Shown: positions 9,550 to 20,582, counted from the stretch's first letter. The stretch is DNA of 28,142 bases from Actinomycetota bacterium (GCA_009918865.1 RGCY01000001.1:1-28142); one strand, 5' to 3'. Numbers and translations are program-made. Notes: generated from the sequence alone by a model not told the origin.

Positions 9550-10452
9550 TCAACGTACGAATGCGTCCACACCGACGGCAAGGAAAACCAGCGTCAAATA
9601 TGTGATGGAAAAATGGAACAGCCGCATGGGCGATGATGCATCTTCGATGCGCGCACGTAAGCGATAGGCCTCAAATATGAACCATCCACCGGCCATGCTG
9701 GCACTTGACCAATACACAATCCCGGCACCAGCAAGCGGCGCGTACACCAGTGATGTTCCCACCGTCGCCCACGCATACCGAATCACAGCGTTTGCAACCG
9801 TGGGCGCACTTGCCACCGCACCGAGCATCGGAACTCCGGCTGCGTTGTAGTCATCTGCGAACTTCATGCTCAATGGCCAGTAGTGCGGCGGTGTCCAAAA
9901 GAAGACCACCAAAAACAAAGCAAGCGAAGCCATGGACACACGACCCGTGACAGCCGCCCAACCGATGAGAACCGGAAAGCAGCCCGCGAGTCCGCCCCAC
10001 ACGATGTTCGAACTGGTACGGCGCTTGAGCAGCACGGTGTAGCCACCCACGTAGGCGACGATGGCCGCACATGCCAATGCGGCGCTCAACCAGTTCACGA
10101 AAAGTCCGAGCAGAGCGATGCTCCCCACACCGAGTGCGGTGCCGAAGGCGATTGCCTGACTCACCCCGATGACGCCAGTGGCAGTCCCTCGATGTGCCGT
10201 GCGACGCATGGCTGCATCGATGTCTCGGTCCAGGACACAGTTGAAAACGTTGGCCGATGCTGCAGCCAATGTGCCCCCGGCCACAGTGCTCAGCAGTAGA
10301 CCCAGACTGACCCACCCCCCGGCGGCGGCGAACATCACGGGAATGGTGGTCACGAGCAACAACTCGATGATGCGAGGCTTCGTGAGCAGCACATAGTCAC
10401 GAACGACCGCACGAGACGTGGGACGCGAGACAACATCGCTTGTGACGGTCAC
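9550..10452 (-). CDS. ctaB: Protoheme IX farnesyltransferase (heme O synthase), 300 aa
   Basis: LTKPRIIELLL, NCVLDRDIDAAMRRT, YTVLLKRRT, NIVWGG, FWTPPHYW, DDYNAAGVPML. Confidence 0.95.
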   Translation of the reverse strand: MTVTSDVVSRPTSRAVVRDYVLLTKPRIIELLLVTTIPVMFAAAGGWVSLGLLLSTVAGGTLAAASANVFNCVLDRDIDAAMRRTAHRGTATGVIGVSQAIAFGTALGVGSIALLGLFVNWLSAALACAAIVAYVGGYTVLLKRRTSSNIVWGGLAGCFPVLIGWAAVTGRVSMASLALFLVVFFWTPPHYWPLSMKFADDYNAAGVPMLGAVASAPTVANAVIRYAWATVGTSLVYAPLAGAGIVYWSSASMAGGWFIFEAYRLRARIEDASSPMRLFHFSITYLTLVFLAVGVDAFVR

Positions 10453-10458
10453 GCCACG

Positions 10459-10464
10459 AGTCTA
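10459..10464 (-). promoter_or_regulatory. -10 element of a probable leaderless ctaB promoter
   Basis: Minus strand TAGACT, 6 nt, then GTG 10452. No SD is present. Confidence 0.65.
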
Positions 10465-10480
10465 TGAGCGTCTGCGCCGC

Positions 10481-10486
10481 TAGGCT
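10481..10486 (+). promoter_or_regulatory. -10 element of a probable leaderless tkt operon promoter
   Basis: TAGGCT, 7 nt, then in-frame GTG 10494, just before the conserved LNWTELDDRAV start of homology. Confidence 0.65.
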
Positions 10487-10493
10487 CACCGCC

Positions 10494-12548
10494 GTGGCTG
10501 CGTTGAACTGGACTGAATTGGACGATCGAGCCGTCGCCACCGCGCGCGTGCTCGCAATGGATGCGGTGCAGAAGGTCGGTAACGGCCACCCTGGCACCGC
10601 GATGGCGCTGGCTCCTGCGGCTTATCTGCTGTTCCAACATCACCTGCGCCATGACCCGAGTGATCCGCTTTGGCTTGGCCGTGACCGCTTTGTGCTGTCG
10701 TGTGGGCACTCCAGCCTGACGCTTTACATTCAACTGTTCCTCTCCGGATACGACCTAACACTTGAAGACTTAATGGAATTTCGCACCGCCGGAAGTGCCA
10801 CACCTGGCCACCCTGAGTACGGGCACACCGTTGGGGTGGAAACCACCACCGGTCCGTTAGGACAAGGGGTTGCAACTGCGGTGGGCATGGCGATGTCGCA
10901 GCGCTACTGGCGCTACACCCTTGATCCACACGCCCCCCGTGGTCAAAGTCCATTCGACCATCGAGTCTGGGTGTTGGCGTCCGATGGTGATTTAGAAGAG
11001 GGCATCAGTGGCGAAGCCTCATCATTGGCAGGTACCCAAAAACTCGACAACCTCGTTGTCATCTACGACGACAACAGAATCTCCATTGAAGGTGACACGC
11101 ACCGTGCGTTCACTGAGGACGTCGCCGCGCGCTACCAGGCATATGGGTGGCACACCATTACCGTGGAGCACCAAACAGATGGCAGCGTGGATGTTGCGCA
11201 CTTGCACTCCGCACTTACAGAAGCCGCCGCAGTCTCCGACAAGCCCACGCTGATTCGACTGCGCACCGTCATTGCCTGGCCCGCACCAAACGCGCGCAAC
11301 ACTGCAAAATCGCATGGGTCAGCACTTGGCGCTGCCGAAGTTGCGGCGACCAAAGAAGTGCTGGGATTCAACCCAGAGGAATCATTCGTTGTCGATGCCG
11401 ATGTGCTTGAACACACGCAGCAGGTGGCGCAGCGTGGTGCTGCAGCGAATGAACAGTGGGCACGAAAGTTCCAGCTTTGGTCAACGCAGAATGTTGAGAC
11501 CGCACGATTGCTCGAGCGCCTCCACACTGGTTTGCTGCCATCGGACATTGAACTCGCACTACCGCAATTCAACGAAGGCGAGAAGATTGCAACACGTGCA
11601 GCATTTGGTACGGCGTTGAATGCACTCGCCGACTACCTCCCCGAGCTTTGGGGCGGTAGCGCTGACCTTGCAGAGAGCAACAACACCACAATCCATGACG
11701 GTGGCTCATTCCTGCCGGATGGTTCCGGTTTTTCAGATGCTGCCGTCAACGGCCGCATCATTCACTTTGGTGTTCGTGAACACGCGATGGGAGCCATCGT
11801 CAACGGAATTGCGTTGGATGGTCTATCTCGACCTTTTGCCGGAACGTTCCTTGTGTTTAGTGACTACATGCGTGGTGCAGTGCGCCTCTCCGCGCTCATG
11901 CAAACGCGCAGTCTTTTTGTTTGGACACACGACAGCATCGGCCTTGGTGAAGACGGACCCACGCACCAACCAATTGAACACCTCTGGGCGCTGCGCGCAA
12001 TCCCGGAATTTTCGGTCCTGCGACCTGCGGATGCCAATGAGACATCCGTTGTGTTCCTTGAGGCATTGCGACGCAATGCACCTGCCGGTTTGGTGCTCAC
12101 TCGACAGGCCATTCCGGTGCTCGGTGACGCACCTGCACTTTCGGCCCGTCGCGGTGGTTACATCATTCGCCAGGAATCAGGCTCTCAACTAGATGTCATC
12201 TTGATTGCAACCGGTTCGGAGGTTGCCCTCGCAATTGAATCCGCCGAGGCACTGTCAGAAGAAGGTATTGGCGCTCGCGTGGTTTCGATGCCAAGCATTG
12301 AATGGTTCACCGAACAACCTCTGGACTATCAAGAACAGGTTCTTCCCAAAGCCGTCCGAGCACGTGTTGCGATAGAAGCAGGTGCAACTCAAGGCTGGTG
12401 GAGATTTGTGGGCACTGACGGTGCAGTGATTGGCATTGATGAGTTTGGTGCTTCGGCTAGCGCGGAACATCTCTTCGAAGAGCGTGGCTTCACCATTGCC
12501 AATGTTGTAACAATTGCTCATGAAACCATAGAGAGGGCTCAAGGATGA
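10494..12548 (+). CDS. tkt: Transketolase, about 684 aa
   Basis: GNGHPGTAM, DRFVLSCGHSS, TTGPLGQG, ThDP motif SDGDLEEG...DDN, FGVREHAM, EDGPTHQP. Start moved from ATG 10464 to GTG 10494. Confidence 0.97.
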   Translation: MAALNWTELDDRAVATARVLAMDAVQKVGNGHPGTAMALAPAAYLLFQHHLRHDPSDPLWLGRDRFVLSCGHSSLTLYIQLFLSGYDLTLEDLMEFRTAGSATPGHPEYGHTVGVETTTGPLGQGVATAVGMAMSQRYWRYTLDPHAPRGQSPFDHRVWVLASDGDLEEGISGEASSLAGTQKLDNLVVIYDDNRISIEGDTHRAFTEDVAARYQAYGWHTITVEHQTDGSVDVAHLHSALTEAAAVSDKPTLIRLRTVIAWPAPNARNTAKSHGSALGAAEVAATKEVLGFNPEESFVVDADVLEHTQQVAQRGAAANEQWARKFQLWSTQNVETARLLERLHTGLLPSDIELALPQFNEGEKIATRAAFGTALNALADYLPELWGGSADLAESNNTTIHDGGSFLPDGSGFSDAAVNGRIIHFGVREHAMGAIVNGIALDGLSRPFAGTFLVFSDYMRGAVRLSALMQTRSLFVWTHDSIGLGEDGPTHQPIEHLWALRAIPEFSVLRPADANETSVVFLEALRRNAPAGLVLTRQAIPVLGDAPALSARRGGYIIRQESGSQLDVILIATGSEVALAIESAEALSEEGIGARVVSMPSIEWFTEQPLDYQEQVLPKAVRARVAIEAGATQGWWRFVGTDGAVIGIDEFGASASAEHLFEERGFTIANVVTIAHETIERAQG

Positions 12549-13651
12549 GCACGCGACCACTTGCTGAGTTAAGTGCCGCCGGCGTTTCCGTCTGGCTCGA
12601 CGACCTCAGTCGCGGACGTCTGCAAAGTGGGTCGTTGAGCGAACTGATTGCACATTCCAATGTGGTTGGAGTGACCACCAACCCATCCATTTTCGCCAAA
12701 GCGGTGGCTAGCGGTGGCGCGGAGTACGCACCACAACTCGCGGACCTGCGTGCAGCCGGAGCAGATGCCGATACTGCGGTGCGCGATGTGACCGTGGCCG
12801 ATGTGCAGGCTGCCTGTGACCTTTTCCTGCCTATCTATGAATCCACACACGGCATAGATGGTCGCGTGAGTATTGAAGTGGATCCACGTCTAGCCCATGA
12901 CACGACCGGCACGATTGCAGACGGTCGCCGCCTATTTGCAGCAGTGAATCGCCAGAATGTGATGATCAAGGTTCCGGCCACACTGGCTGGGTTGCCGGCA
13001 GTGACAACACTCATCAGCGAGGGCATCAGCGTCAACTGCACCTTGATTTTCGGCATCGCACGCTATCGGGAAGTTCTCAGTGCTTGGGCTGATGGACTCG
13101 CAGCAGCCCGGGCGTTCGGGCGCGACCTAGGGAACATCCACTCCGTGGCATCGTTCTTTGTGAGTCGAGTTGACACCGCCGTGGATGCTGCACTGAAAGC
13201 CCACCCAGATGTTCAGGCAGCCGAATTCCTGGGACAGGCAGCAATCGCAAATGCGCGGCTTGCCTGGGAAGCCTTTGAAAACTTCCGCGCGAGTACTCAA
13301 TGGCAGGAGTTGCAGACTGCTGGCGCTCACATTCAGCGACCACTGTGGGCTTCCACCGGTGTCAAAGACCCGGCGTATGACGACACCCGTTACGTGGTTG
13401 AACTCGTTGCTCGTCCATGTGTGAACACCATGCCAGCCGCCACTCTCGATGCCGTTGCAGACCATGGGCGCATCACTGGTGACACCATCTCACCCAATGT
13501 GGAGTCAGCGAGATTGACCTGGGAACGACTTGCAGCACTGGGTATCAACTACGACACGATTGTCAACGAGCTTGAAGTTGCAGGGGTCACCCAATTCATC
13601 GACGCGTGGAATGACTTACTGGCCACAGTTTCTGCCGCGTTGGCAGATTGA
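12545..13651 (+). CDS. tal: Transaldolase (long actinobacterial type), 368 aa
   Basis: SVWLDDLSR, GVTTNPSIF, GRVSIEVDP, Schiff-base IKVPAT, SFFVSRVD, QRPLWASTGVK. Confidence 0.96.
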   Translation: MSTRPLAELSAAGVSVWLDDLSRGRLQSGSLSELIAHSNVVGVTTNPSIFAKAVASGGAEYAPQLADLRAAGADADTAVRDVTVADVQAACDLFLPIYESTHGIDGRVSIEVDPRLAHDTTGTIADGRRLFAAVNRQNVMIKVPATLAGLPAVTTLISEGISVNCTLIFGIARYREVLSAWADGLAAARAFGRDLGNIHSVASFFVSRVDTAVDAALKAHPDVQAAEFLGQAAIANARLAWEAFENFRASTQWQELQTAGAHIQRPLWASTGVKDPAYDDTRYVVELVARPCVNTMPAATLDAVADHGRITGDTISPNVESARLTWERLAALGINYDTIVNELEVAGVTQFIDAWNDLLATVSAALAD

Positions 13652-13680
13652 AGACTGAGCCAAAGGCAGAGGATGGACGT

Positions 13681-15198
13681 GTGAACAATCCACTTCGCGA
13701 TCCGCGTGACCGCAGACTGCCTCGCATCGCCGGACCATGCAGCTTGGTCATCTTTGGTGTCACGGGAGACTTAGCGCGTCGAAAGCTGATGCCCGCGATT
13801 TACGACCTAGCCAACCGCGGCCTCTTGCCACCGGGCTTTGCATTGGTCGGGTTTGCACGCCGAGACTTCGCCACCCAAGACTTCGCGCAGATTGTTCATG
13901 ATGCTGTCCGCGAACATGCGCGCACACCGTTCAACGAGGACACATGGCAGCAACTTGCGGCTGGTATCCGGTATGTCACCGGTGACCTTGGTGACCCATC
14001 TGCTTTTGCTGCACTCAATCAGACTGTTGCCACATTGGATGCTGAGTTGGGCACTGGCGGAAATCATGCCTTTTACCTTTCCATCCCCCCTGGGATGTTC
14101 CCGACGGTGGTTGAACAATTGAAGTCTTCAGGTTTGTCTCAACAGCGGCCAGACGCATGGCGTCGTGTCGTTGTCGAGAAGCCTTTTGGTCATGATTTAG
14201 CCAGCGCACAGGAACTTAACCGCACGCTTGGTGAAGTTTTTCCCACGGGCAGTGTGTTTCGTATCGACCACTACCTTGGCAAAGAGACCGTGCAGAACAT
14301 CCTTGCCCTGCGCTTTGCCAACGCAATGTTTGAACCGGTCTGGAATAGCAACTTTGTTGACCATGTGCAAATCACCATGGCTGAAGACATTGGCATCGGT
14401 GGTCGCGCTGGTTACTACGACGGCATCGGTGCGGCTCGTGATGTCATTCAGAACCACCTGCTGCAACTACTCGCACTTACTGCGATGGAAGAGCCCATCT
14501 CCTTTGATGCCACACACGTGCGCTTTGAGAAGGAGAAAATTCTGCAGGCGGTGGTGCTGCCTGATGACCTCGCAACCAGCACTGCCCGTGGTCAATATGC
14601 CGGCGGCTGGCAAGGTGGCGAGTTGGTGGCTGGCTACCACGATGAGTCAGGCGTGCTACCTGATTCGTCCACAGAGACTTATGCCGCAGTGAAACTTCTT
14701 GTTGATACTCGCCGCTGGGCGGGTGTGCCGTTCTACCTTCGCACGGGTAAGCGTCTCGCTCGCCGAGTCACTGAGATTGCCGTGGTCTTCAAACGCGCTC
14801 CGCACTTGCCTTTTGCCGTAACTGACACTCGCGAACTCGGTAACAACGCGCTTGTGATTCGAGTGCAACCTGATGAAGGTGTGACCGTGCGCTTTGGGTC
14901 AAAGGTGCCGGGCACTGCAATGGAAGTGCGCGATGTTTCCATGGACTTTGGCTACGGAGAGTCCTTCACGGAGACAAGTCCAGAGGCCTACGAGCGATTG
15001 ATTCTCGATGTTTTGCTCGGGGACCCGCCACTCTTCCCACGACACGAAGAAGTAGAGCAGTCGTGGCGAATCTTGGATCCAGTCTTGGAATTCTGGGCCC
15101 ATCACGACAAGCCTGCGGCCTATGCGGCTGGAACCTGGGGTCCAGCAAGTGCCGAAGCGATGTTGGCTCGCGATGGCCGGACGTGGCGGCGCCCATGA
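13681..15198 (+). CDS. zwf: Glucose-6-phosphate 1-dehydrogenase, about 505 aa
   Basis: IFGVTGDLARRK, VEKPFG, RIDHYLGKETVQN, RWAGVPFYLRTGK, EAYERL. GTG 13681 follows GAGGA; TTG 13648, coupled to the tal stop, is an alternative start. Confidence 0.96.
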   Translation: MNNPLRDPRDRRLPRIAGPCSLVIFGVTGDLARRKLMPAIYDLANRGLLPPGFALVGFARRDFATQDFAQIVHDAVREHARTPFNEDTWQQLAAGIRYVTGDLGDPSAFAALNQTVATLDAELGTGGNHAFYLSIPPGMFPTVVEQLKSSGLSQQRPDAWRRVVVEKPFGHDLASAQELNRTLGEVFPTGSVFRIDHYLGKETVQNILALRFANAMFEPVWNSNFVDHVQITMAEDIGIGGRAGYYDGIGAARDVIQNHLLQLLALTAMEEPISFDATHVRFEKEKILQAVVLPDDLATSTARGQYAGGWQGGELVAGYHDESGVLPDSSTETYAAVKLLVDTRRWAGVPFYLRTGKRLARRVTEIAVVFKRAPHLPFAVTDTRELGNNALVIRVQPDEGVTVRFGSKVPGTAMEVRDVSMDFGYGESFTETSPEAYERLILDVLLGDPPLFPRHEEVEQSWRILDPVLEFWAHHDKPAAYAAGTWGPASAEAMLARDGRTWRRP

Positions 15199-16109
15199 TT
15201 CGGTTAGAAGACACCACTGTTTCCGCCATCTCCGAAGCCATTCGAGCGGAGAAGAACCGCAAAGGCGCCATCGCCGTGGGCATGGTGCTGACGCTGATTG
15301 TGGTTGCAGACGAAGCCGACCAGGCCGATGCGCTGCACGCTGCCACAGCTGCCGCTAGCGAACATCCGATGCGCATTCTTGGCATCATCCCCCGACCAGG
15401 TCGCACCGCTGCGCAATTGGATGCAGAGATTTCTGTCGCCGGCGATGAAGGCCCCGGTGAGTTGATTGCGTTGCGCTTACGCGGTCCGATGGCCGCTCAC
15501 ACCGCCAGCGTCGCCCTACCGCTTCTGATTCCAGACGCGCCGGTGGTGGTGTGGTGGGCAAGCGATGCACCGAAGTCCCCTGCCACTGACCCACTTGGAT
15601 TACTTGCGCGTCGGCGCATCACAGACGCGGCATTGGCCGCGCGTAGCCGGGCTGAGCTTCAAGAGCATGCGCACTCCTACGCACCAGGAGACACTGATTT
15701 TGCCTGGACTCGTGTCACACCGTGGCGGGCGTTACTTGCTGCAGCACTTGATCGACCCCATGCACCGGTTACCGGCGCGGAGGTTGCCGCTGCTCGCAGC
15801 AACCCAAGTGGACCGCTGCTAGCAGCGTGGCTTCATCAGGCATTGGGAGTGCCTGTCACCATGCGCGCATCACGGGGACCAGGAATCACTGCTGTCCATT
15901 TACACACGCAGCGCGGTGACATCAGCATCACCCGACCAGACGGCACGAAAGCAACACTGCAGGTGCCGGGATATCCAGCGAGTGAAGTCGGCTTGCGTCG
16001 ACGCGATACGCGCGACCTGTTGCTCGAAGAGTTGCGCCGACTTGACCCGGATGAGGTGTATGCCGACACTCTGGCTGCTAGCCCTCACTTTCATGCCGAT
16101 GGTCCATGA
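15195..16109 (+). CDS. opcA: G6PDH assembly/allosteric protein OpcA, 304 aa
   Basis: GMVLTLIV, EHPMRIL, LPLLIPDAPVVVWW, RRITDAA, YAPGDTDFAWTRVTPWR, EELRRLDPDEVY. ATGA overlap with the zwf stop. Confidence 0.92.
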   Translation: MIRLEDTTVSAISEAIRAEKNRKGAIAVGMVLTLIVVADEADQADALHAATAAASEHPMRILGIIPRPGRTAAQLDAEISVAGDEGPGELIALRLRGPMAAHTASVALPLLIPDAPVVVWWASDAPKSPATDPLGLLARRRITDAALAARSRAELQEHAHSYAPGDTDFAWTRVTPWRALLAAALDRPHAPVTGAEVAAARSNPSGPLLAAWLHQALGVPVTMRASRGPGITAVHLHTQRGDISITRPDGTKATLQVPGYPASEVGLRRRDTRDLLLEELRRLDPDEVYADTLAASPHFHADGP

Positions 16110-16774
16110 CCGTCGCCATCCGTGAATTCGCAACCGCCGATGACCTTGTGGCCGCGGTGGTTGACACAGTGATGCATAGCGACCTGTCACACGGAGTCGC
16201 GCTCACCGGCGGTCGAGTGGGGACGCGTGTGAGTCTCGCGCTCCTAGACGCAATCAAGGCAACAGCGCACTCGCGTGAGGCCGGTGTTGAGGCAACCCAC
16301 TTCTGGTTCAGTGACGAGCGTTACCTGCCGCACGGCGACTCGCAGCGCAATGACACAGCGTTGCTCACTCACGCTCATGAATCATCAGTGGTGACGATTG
16401 AGTCAGTGCTCGGTCCGCGAGATGCATCAACCATCGACATGGCCGCCCTTGACTACCAAACCAGACTTCACGCAGTTGGAATGCCTAAGGTTGCTGTCGT
16501 AAGCATTGGCCCAGATGGACATGTGGCATCGATTTTTCCTGGTCACGCGCTGCATCGAGCGACAGATGCCTCGGTTCGCGCCATCACGGACTCCCCGAAA
16601 CCGCCACCGGTGCGAGTCACATGGACGTTGCCACTGCTTCACCAATGTGAATCTCTGCTGCTTCTTGCCGCCGGAGATGACAAGAGGGAGATAGTGCAGC
16701 GCGTGCTCGCTGGAGATGCGTCACTTCCTGCGACGGACTTGATTGGCAATTCAGCCACGCTTTTCATCGCCTAG
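16106..16774 (+). CDS. pgl: 6-phosphogluconolactonase, 222 aa
   Basis: ALTGG, FWFSDERY, IGPDGHVASIFPG, DSPKPPPVRVTWT. Follows opcA with an ATGA overlap. Confidence 0.92.
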   Translation: MTVAIREFATADDLVAAVVDTVMHSDLSHGVALTGGRVGTRVSLALLDAIKATAHSREAGVEATHFWFSDERYLPHGDSQRNDTALLTHAHESSVVTIESVLGPRDASTIDMAALDYQTRLHAVGMPKVAVVSIGPDGHVASIFPGHALHRATDASVRAITDSPKPPPVRVTWTLPLLHQCESLLLLAAGDDKREIVQRVLAGDASLPATDLIGNSATLFIA

Positions 16775-16853
16775 GTAGAGCGACGAGAATGAAGAAACAA
16801 GCACAGAAGCCCGATAGACCGTGCGCGATATTTCACGACGATTACCGCTTACG

Positions 16854-16904
16854 TTGCTGCCTCAACGACAGTACACACGAGGCGGCAATCACCTGAGCAG
16901 GTGA
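16854..16904. terminator. Tandem hairpins between convergent pgl and rbpA, probable bidirectional terminator
   Basis: TTGCTGCCTC (16854-63) / GAGGCGGCAA (16879-88) form a 10-bp stem with one G-T pair, followed at once by TCACCTG-AG-CAGGTGA (16889-16904). There is no U-tract. Confidence 0.55.
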
Positions 16905-16907
16905 CAG

Positions 16908-17243
16908 TTAGTTGTCTTCGCCGCGAAGTGCCGCAAGCGCCTCGGCAAGAATGCTCTCGCCATCAGTGTCGTTGCGGCGTTCTTTGACATAAGCCAAGTG
17001 CGTCTTGTAAGGCTCATGCTTAATCGGGACCGGGGGGTTGTCCTTGTCCTTACCCGCGGGGAATCCACAACGCGGGCAATCCCATTCCTCGGGAACTTCA
17101 GACTCAGTTGAAAACATGGCCGCGGACTCATGTCCATTGGTGCAGTAGAAGGAAATCTTCAGACGCGGTGCCGGTTCTCCACGTTCAGCCTCACCCATGG
17201 GTCCAGCGCCAACCCGGCTGCCGCGAATTGCACTACCTGCCAC
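16908..17243 (-). CDS. rbpA: RNA polymerase-binding protein RbpA, 111 aa
   Basis: AIRGSRVGAGPMGEAERG, FYCTNGH, WDCPRCG, YKTHLAYVKERR...ILAEAL. AGGAGG SD. Confidence 0.93.
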   Translation of the reverse strand: MAGSAIRGSRVGAGPMGEAERGEPAPRLKISFYCTNGHESAAMFSTESEVPEEWDCPRCGFPAGKDKDNPPVPIKHEPYKTHLAYVKERRNDTDGESILAEALAALRGEDN

Positions 17244-17280
17244 TGATGTCCTCCTGAAATGCGTTGAGTGCGAGCGCTGC

Positions 17281-17511
17281 TTACGCCGCGATGAGTAGAC
17301 CTAGGCCAACGACGAGCGCGACCCAGATGAAACCAAGGTAAATGGTGATGCGGTCAAGATTGCGCTCAGCCCGTGCCGAACCGCCCAGAGATGACGTGAC
17401 GCTCCCACCGAACATGTCTGACAGCCCGCCACCCTTGCCGCGGTGCAGCAGAATCAAGACCACGAGCAGGGCGCTCGTGAGCATCAGAAGGATTTGAAGC
17501 GTCAGGATCAT
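17281..17511 (-). CDS. secG: Preprotein translocase subunit SecG, 76 aa
   Basis: LILLHRGKGGGLSDMFGG, AERNLDRIT, two TM helices, canonical position after tpiA. Confidence 0.95.
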   Translation of the reverse strand: MILTLQILLMLTSALLVVLILLHRGKGGGLSDMFGGSVTSSLGGSARAERNLDRITIYLGFIWVALVVGLGLLIAA

Positions 17512-17518
17512 GGGGCGT

Positions 17519-17524
17519 ATTCTA
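17519..17524 (-). promoter_or_regulatory. -10 element of a probable leaderless secG(-rbpA) promoter
   Basis: TAGAAT, 7 nt, then ATG 17511. No SD is present. Confidence 0.7.
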
Positions 17525-17530
17525 CCTAGG

Positions 17531-18328
17531 TCACCGGCTCGGCAGGCTTGCTGGGTGTAAGCGGTACTTCGCAATAGTCACGAATTCATCGGGGTCCAGA
17601 CTTGCCCCACCCACCAACGCGCCATCAATGTCTGGCTGCAACATCAACTCAGCAATATTCGTCGCTTTGACCGAACCGCCATACAAGACACGCGCGGTTT
17701 CCCCGACTGAGGTGCCAAAAAGTTCGGAAATCAGGCCTCGAATTGCCGCGCAGACCTCTTGCGCATCCGCGCTCGTGGCGGTCTCCCCCGTGCCAATGGC
17801 CCACACCGGCTCGTAGGCAAAGACAAGCTTTGCCACCTGCTCGCCCGTGAGACCGGACAATGCGCCACGAAGTTGCTGCAAGGTGAACTCAACATGTGCT
17901 CCAGCGCGCCGAACATCTAAGCCCTCACCGACGCACACGATGGGAGTGATGTCGCACGCAAGTGCGCGGCTGATTTTGGCGTTCACCAGCGCGTCGTCTT
18001 CAGAATGATGTTGACGGCGTTCGCTGTGGCCAATGATGACGAAGGCACATCCGAGACGCTGCAACATACCTGCACTGATTTCGCCCGTGTAAGCGCCGGC
18101 GGCATGCGCGGAAACGTCTTGGGCGCCGTAGAACAACCGCAACCGATCGCCATCCACGAGGGTTTGCACGCTGCGCATGTCGACGAATGGCACAAGGACT
18201 GCAACATCAACTGCATCAAAATCAGCATCGGAGAGTGCGAAGGACACCTTCTGCACATGTGCGATTGCCTCAAGGTGGTTGAGGTTCATCTTCCAGTTAC
18301 CCGCGATGAGCGGACGACGCGTTGTCAT
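17531..18328 (-). CDS. tpiA: Triosephosphate isomerase, 265 aa
   Basis: [43 protein letters not shown]. Confidence 0.97.
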   Translation of the reverse strand: MTTRRPLIAGNWKMNLNHLEAIAHVQKVSFALSDADFDAVDVAVLVPFVDMRSVQTLVDGDRLRLFYGAQDVSAHAAGAYTGEISAGMLQRLGCAFVIIGHSERRQHHSEDDALVNAKISRALACDITPIVCVGEGLDVRRAGAHVEFTLQQLRGALSGLTGEQVAKLVFAYEPVWAIGTGETATSADAQEVCAAIRGLISELFGTSVGETARVLYGGSVKATNIAELMLQPDIDGALVGGASLDPDEFVTIAKYRLHPASLPSR

Positions 18329-18329
18329 G

Positions 18330-19532
18330 TCAGGCCTCCAAAGCCTTTAAGCCTGGTAGTTCCTTACCTTCGAGATACTCCAAACTCGCGCCGCCACCGG
18401 TGGAGATATGGCTGAATCCAGACTCGTCCAAGCCAAGCAGGCGCACAGCCGCGGCACTATCGCCACCGCCCACCACGGTCAAACCAGCGTTAGCAATCAT
18501 GGCTTCTGCCACGGCTCGGGTGCCGGCTGCGAATGGCGACATTTCAAACACACCCATCGGTCCGTTCCACACAACAGTTGCAGACCCAGCGATAGCCGCA
18601 GCGAATTCTGCGCGCGTGTTTGGACCAATGTCTAGCCCCATCCAGCCGTCGGGGATCTCATTCGATGAGACTACTTTGGAGGCAGCGTCGGCTGAGAATG
18701 AGTCGGCAACCACGATGTCGCGCGGCAACAACAACGTCACATCGAGTTCTTGCGCTTGCGCAATCAATCCTGCAACTGTGTCGATTTGATCTGCTTCACA
18801 CAGCGAATTTCCAACACCGTTTCCTTGTGCGGCAAGAAAGGTGTAACACATGCCGCCACCAATGATGAGTGTGTTCACTCGCGGCAACAGATGCGAGATG
18901 ACGCCGAGTTTGTCACTGACTTTTGCCCCACCGAGAACCACTGTGTAGGGCCGGCTTGGGTCCGTGAGGACACGTTGAAAGACTGAGCTTTCGGCTTCGA
19001 TTAGCAGACCCGCGGCATGGGGTAGCAAAGCCGGGAGATCCGTGACACTGGCCTGCTTGCGGTGGACCACTCCAAAGCCATCGCCCACATACACATCACC
19101 GAGCTCAGCCCACAGCTCGGCCAACTCGCGTCGTGCTGCAGCATCCTTACTCGCTTCACGTGCATCAAACCGAACATTTTCGAGCATGAGCACCTGGCCC
19201 ACCTGTAGCGCCTCAGCCGACGCAGAGACTTCTGCGCCGACCACCTCGGTCGCCATCTGGACCGGTGAGCCGAGCAGTTCGCCTAGGCGTGCCGCAACCG
19301 GGGCAAGTGAATATTCCAGATTCACTTCACCGTCAGGGCGCCCCAAGTGCGCGAGCACAATGACCGCCGCGCCGCGCTCGAGTAAGGCACGCACGGTCGG
19401 CAGTGCTGCGCGAATGCGACCGTCGTCAGTGATGACCTTCTCGGCCATTGGCACGTTGAGGTCTAACCGCAGAAGAACTTTCTTGCCCTGCACATCAAGG
19501 TGCGCCAGCGTTGCGAGTGTCACGTGTGGCAC
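18330..19532 (-). CDS. pgk: Phosphoglycerate kinase, 400 aa
   Basis: [55 protein letters not shown]. Confidence 0.97.
   Translation of the reverse strand: MPHVTLATLAHLDVQGKKVLLRLDLNVPMAEKVITDDGRIRAALPTVRALLERGAAVIVLAHLGRPDGEVNLEYSLAPVAARLGELLGSPVQMATEVVGAEVSASAEALQVGQVLMLENVRFDAREASKDAAARRELAELWAELGDVYVGDGFGVVHRKQASVTDLPALLPHAAGLLIEAESSVFQRVLTDPSRPYTVVLGGAKVSDKLGVISHLLPRVNTLIIGGGMCYTFLAAQGNGVGNSLCEADQIDTVAGLIAQAQELDVTLLLPRDIVVADSFSADAASKVVSSNEIPDGWMGLDIGPNTRAEFAAAIAGSATVVWNGPMGVFEMSPFAAGTRAVAEAMIANAGLTVVGGGDSAAAVRLLGLDESGFSHISTGGGASLEYLEGKELPGLKALEA

Positions 19533-20582
<1,050 letters not shown>

Noticed and set aside
16740-16800. Pgl C-terminus looks slightly short (ends TLFIA*), suggesting a third lesion
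   Set aside because: The catalytic motifs are all present and neither alternative frame continues with homologous sequence.
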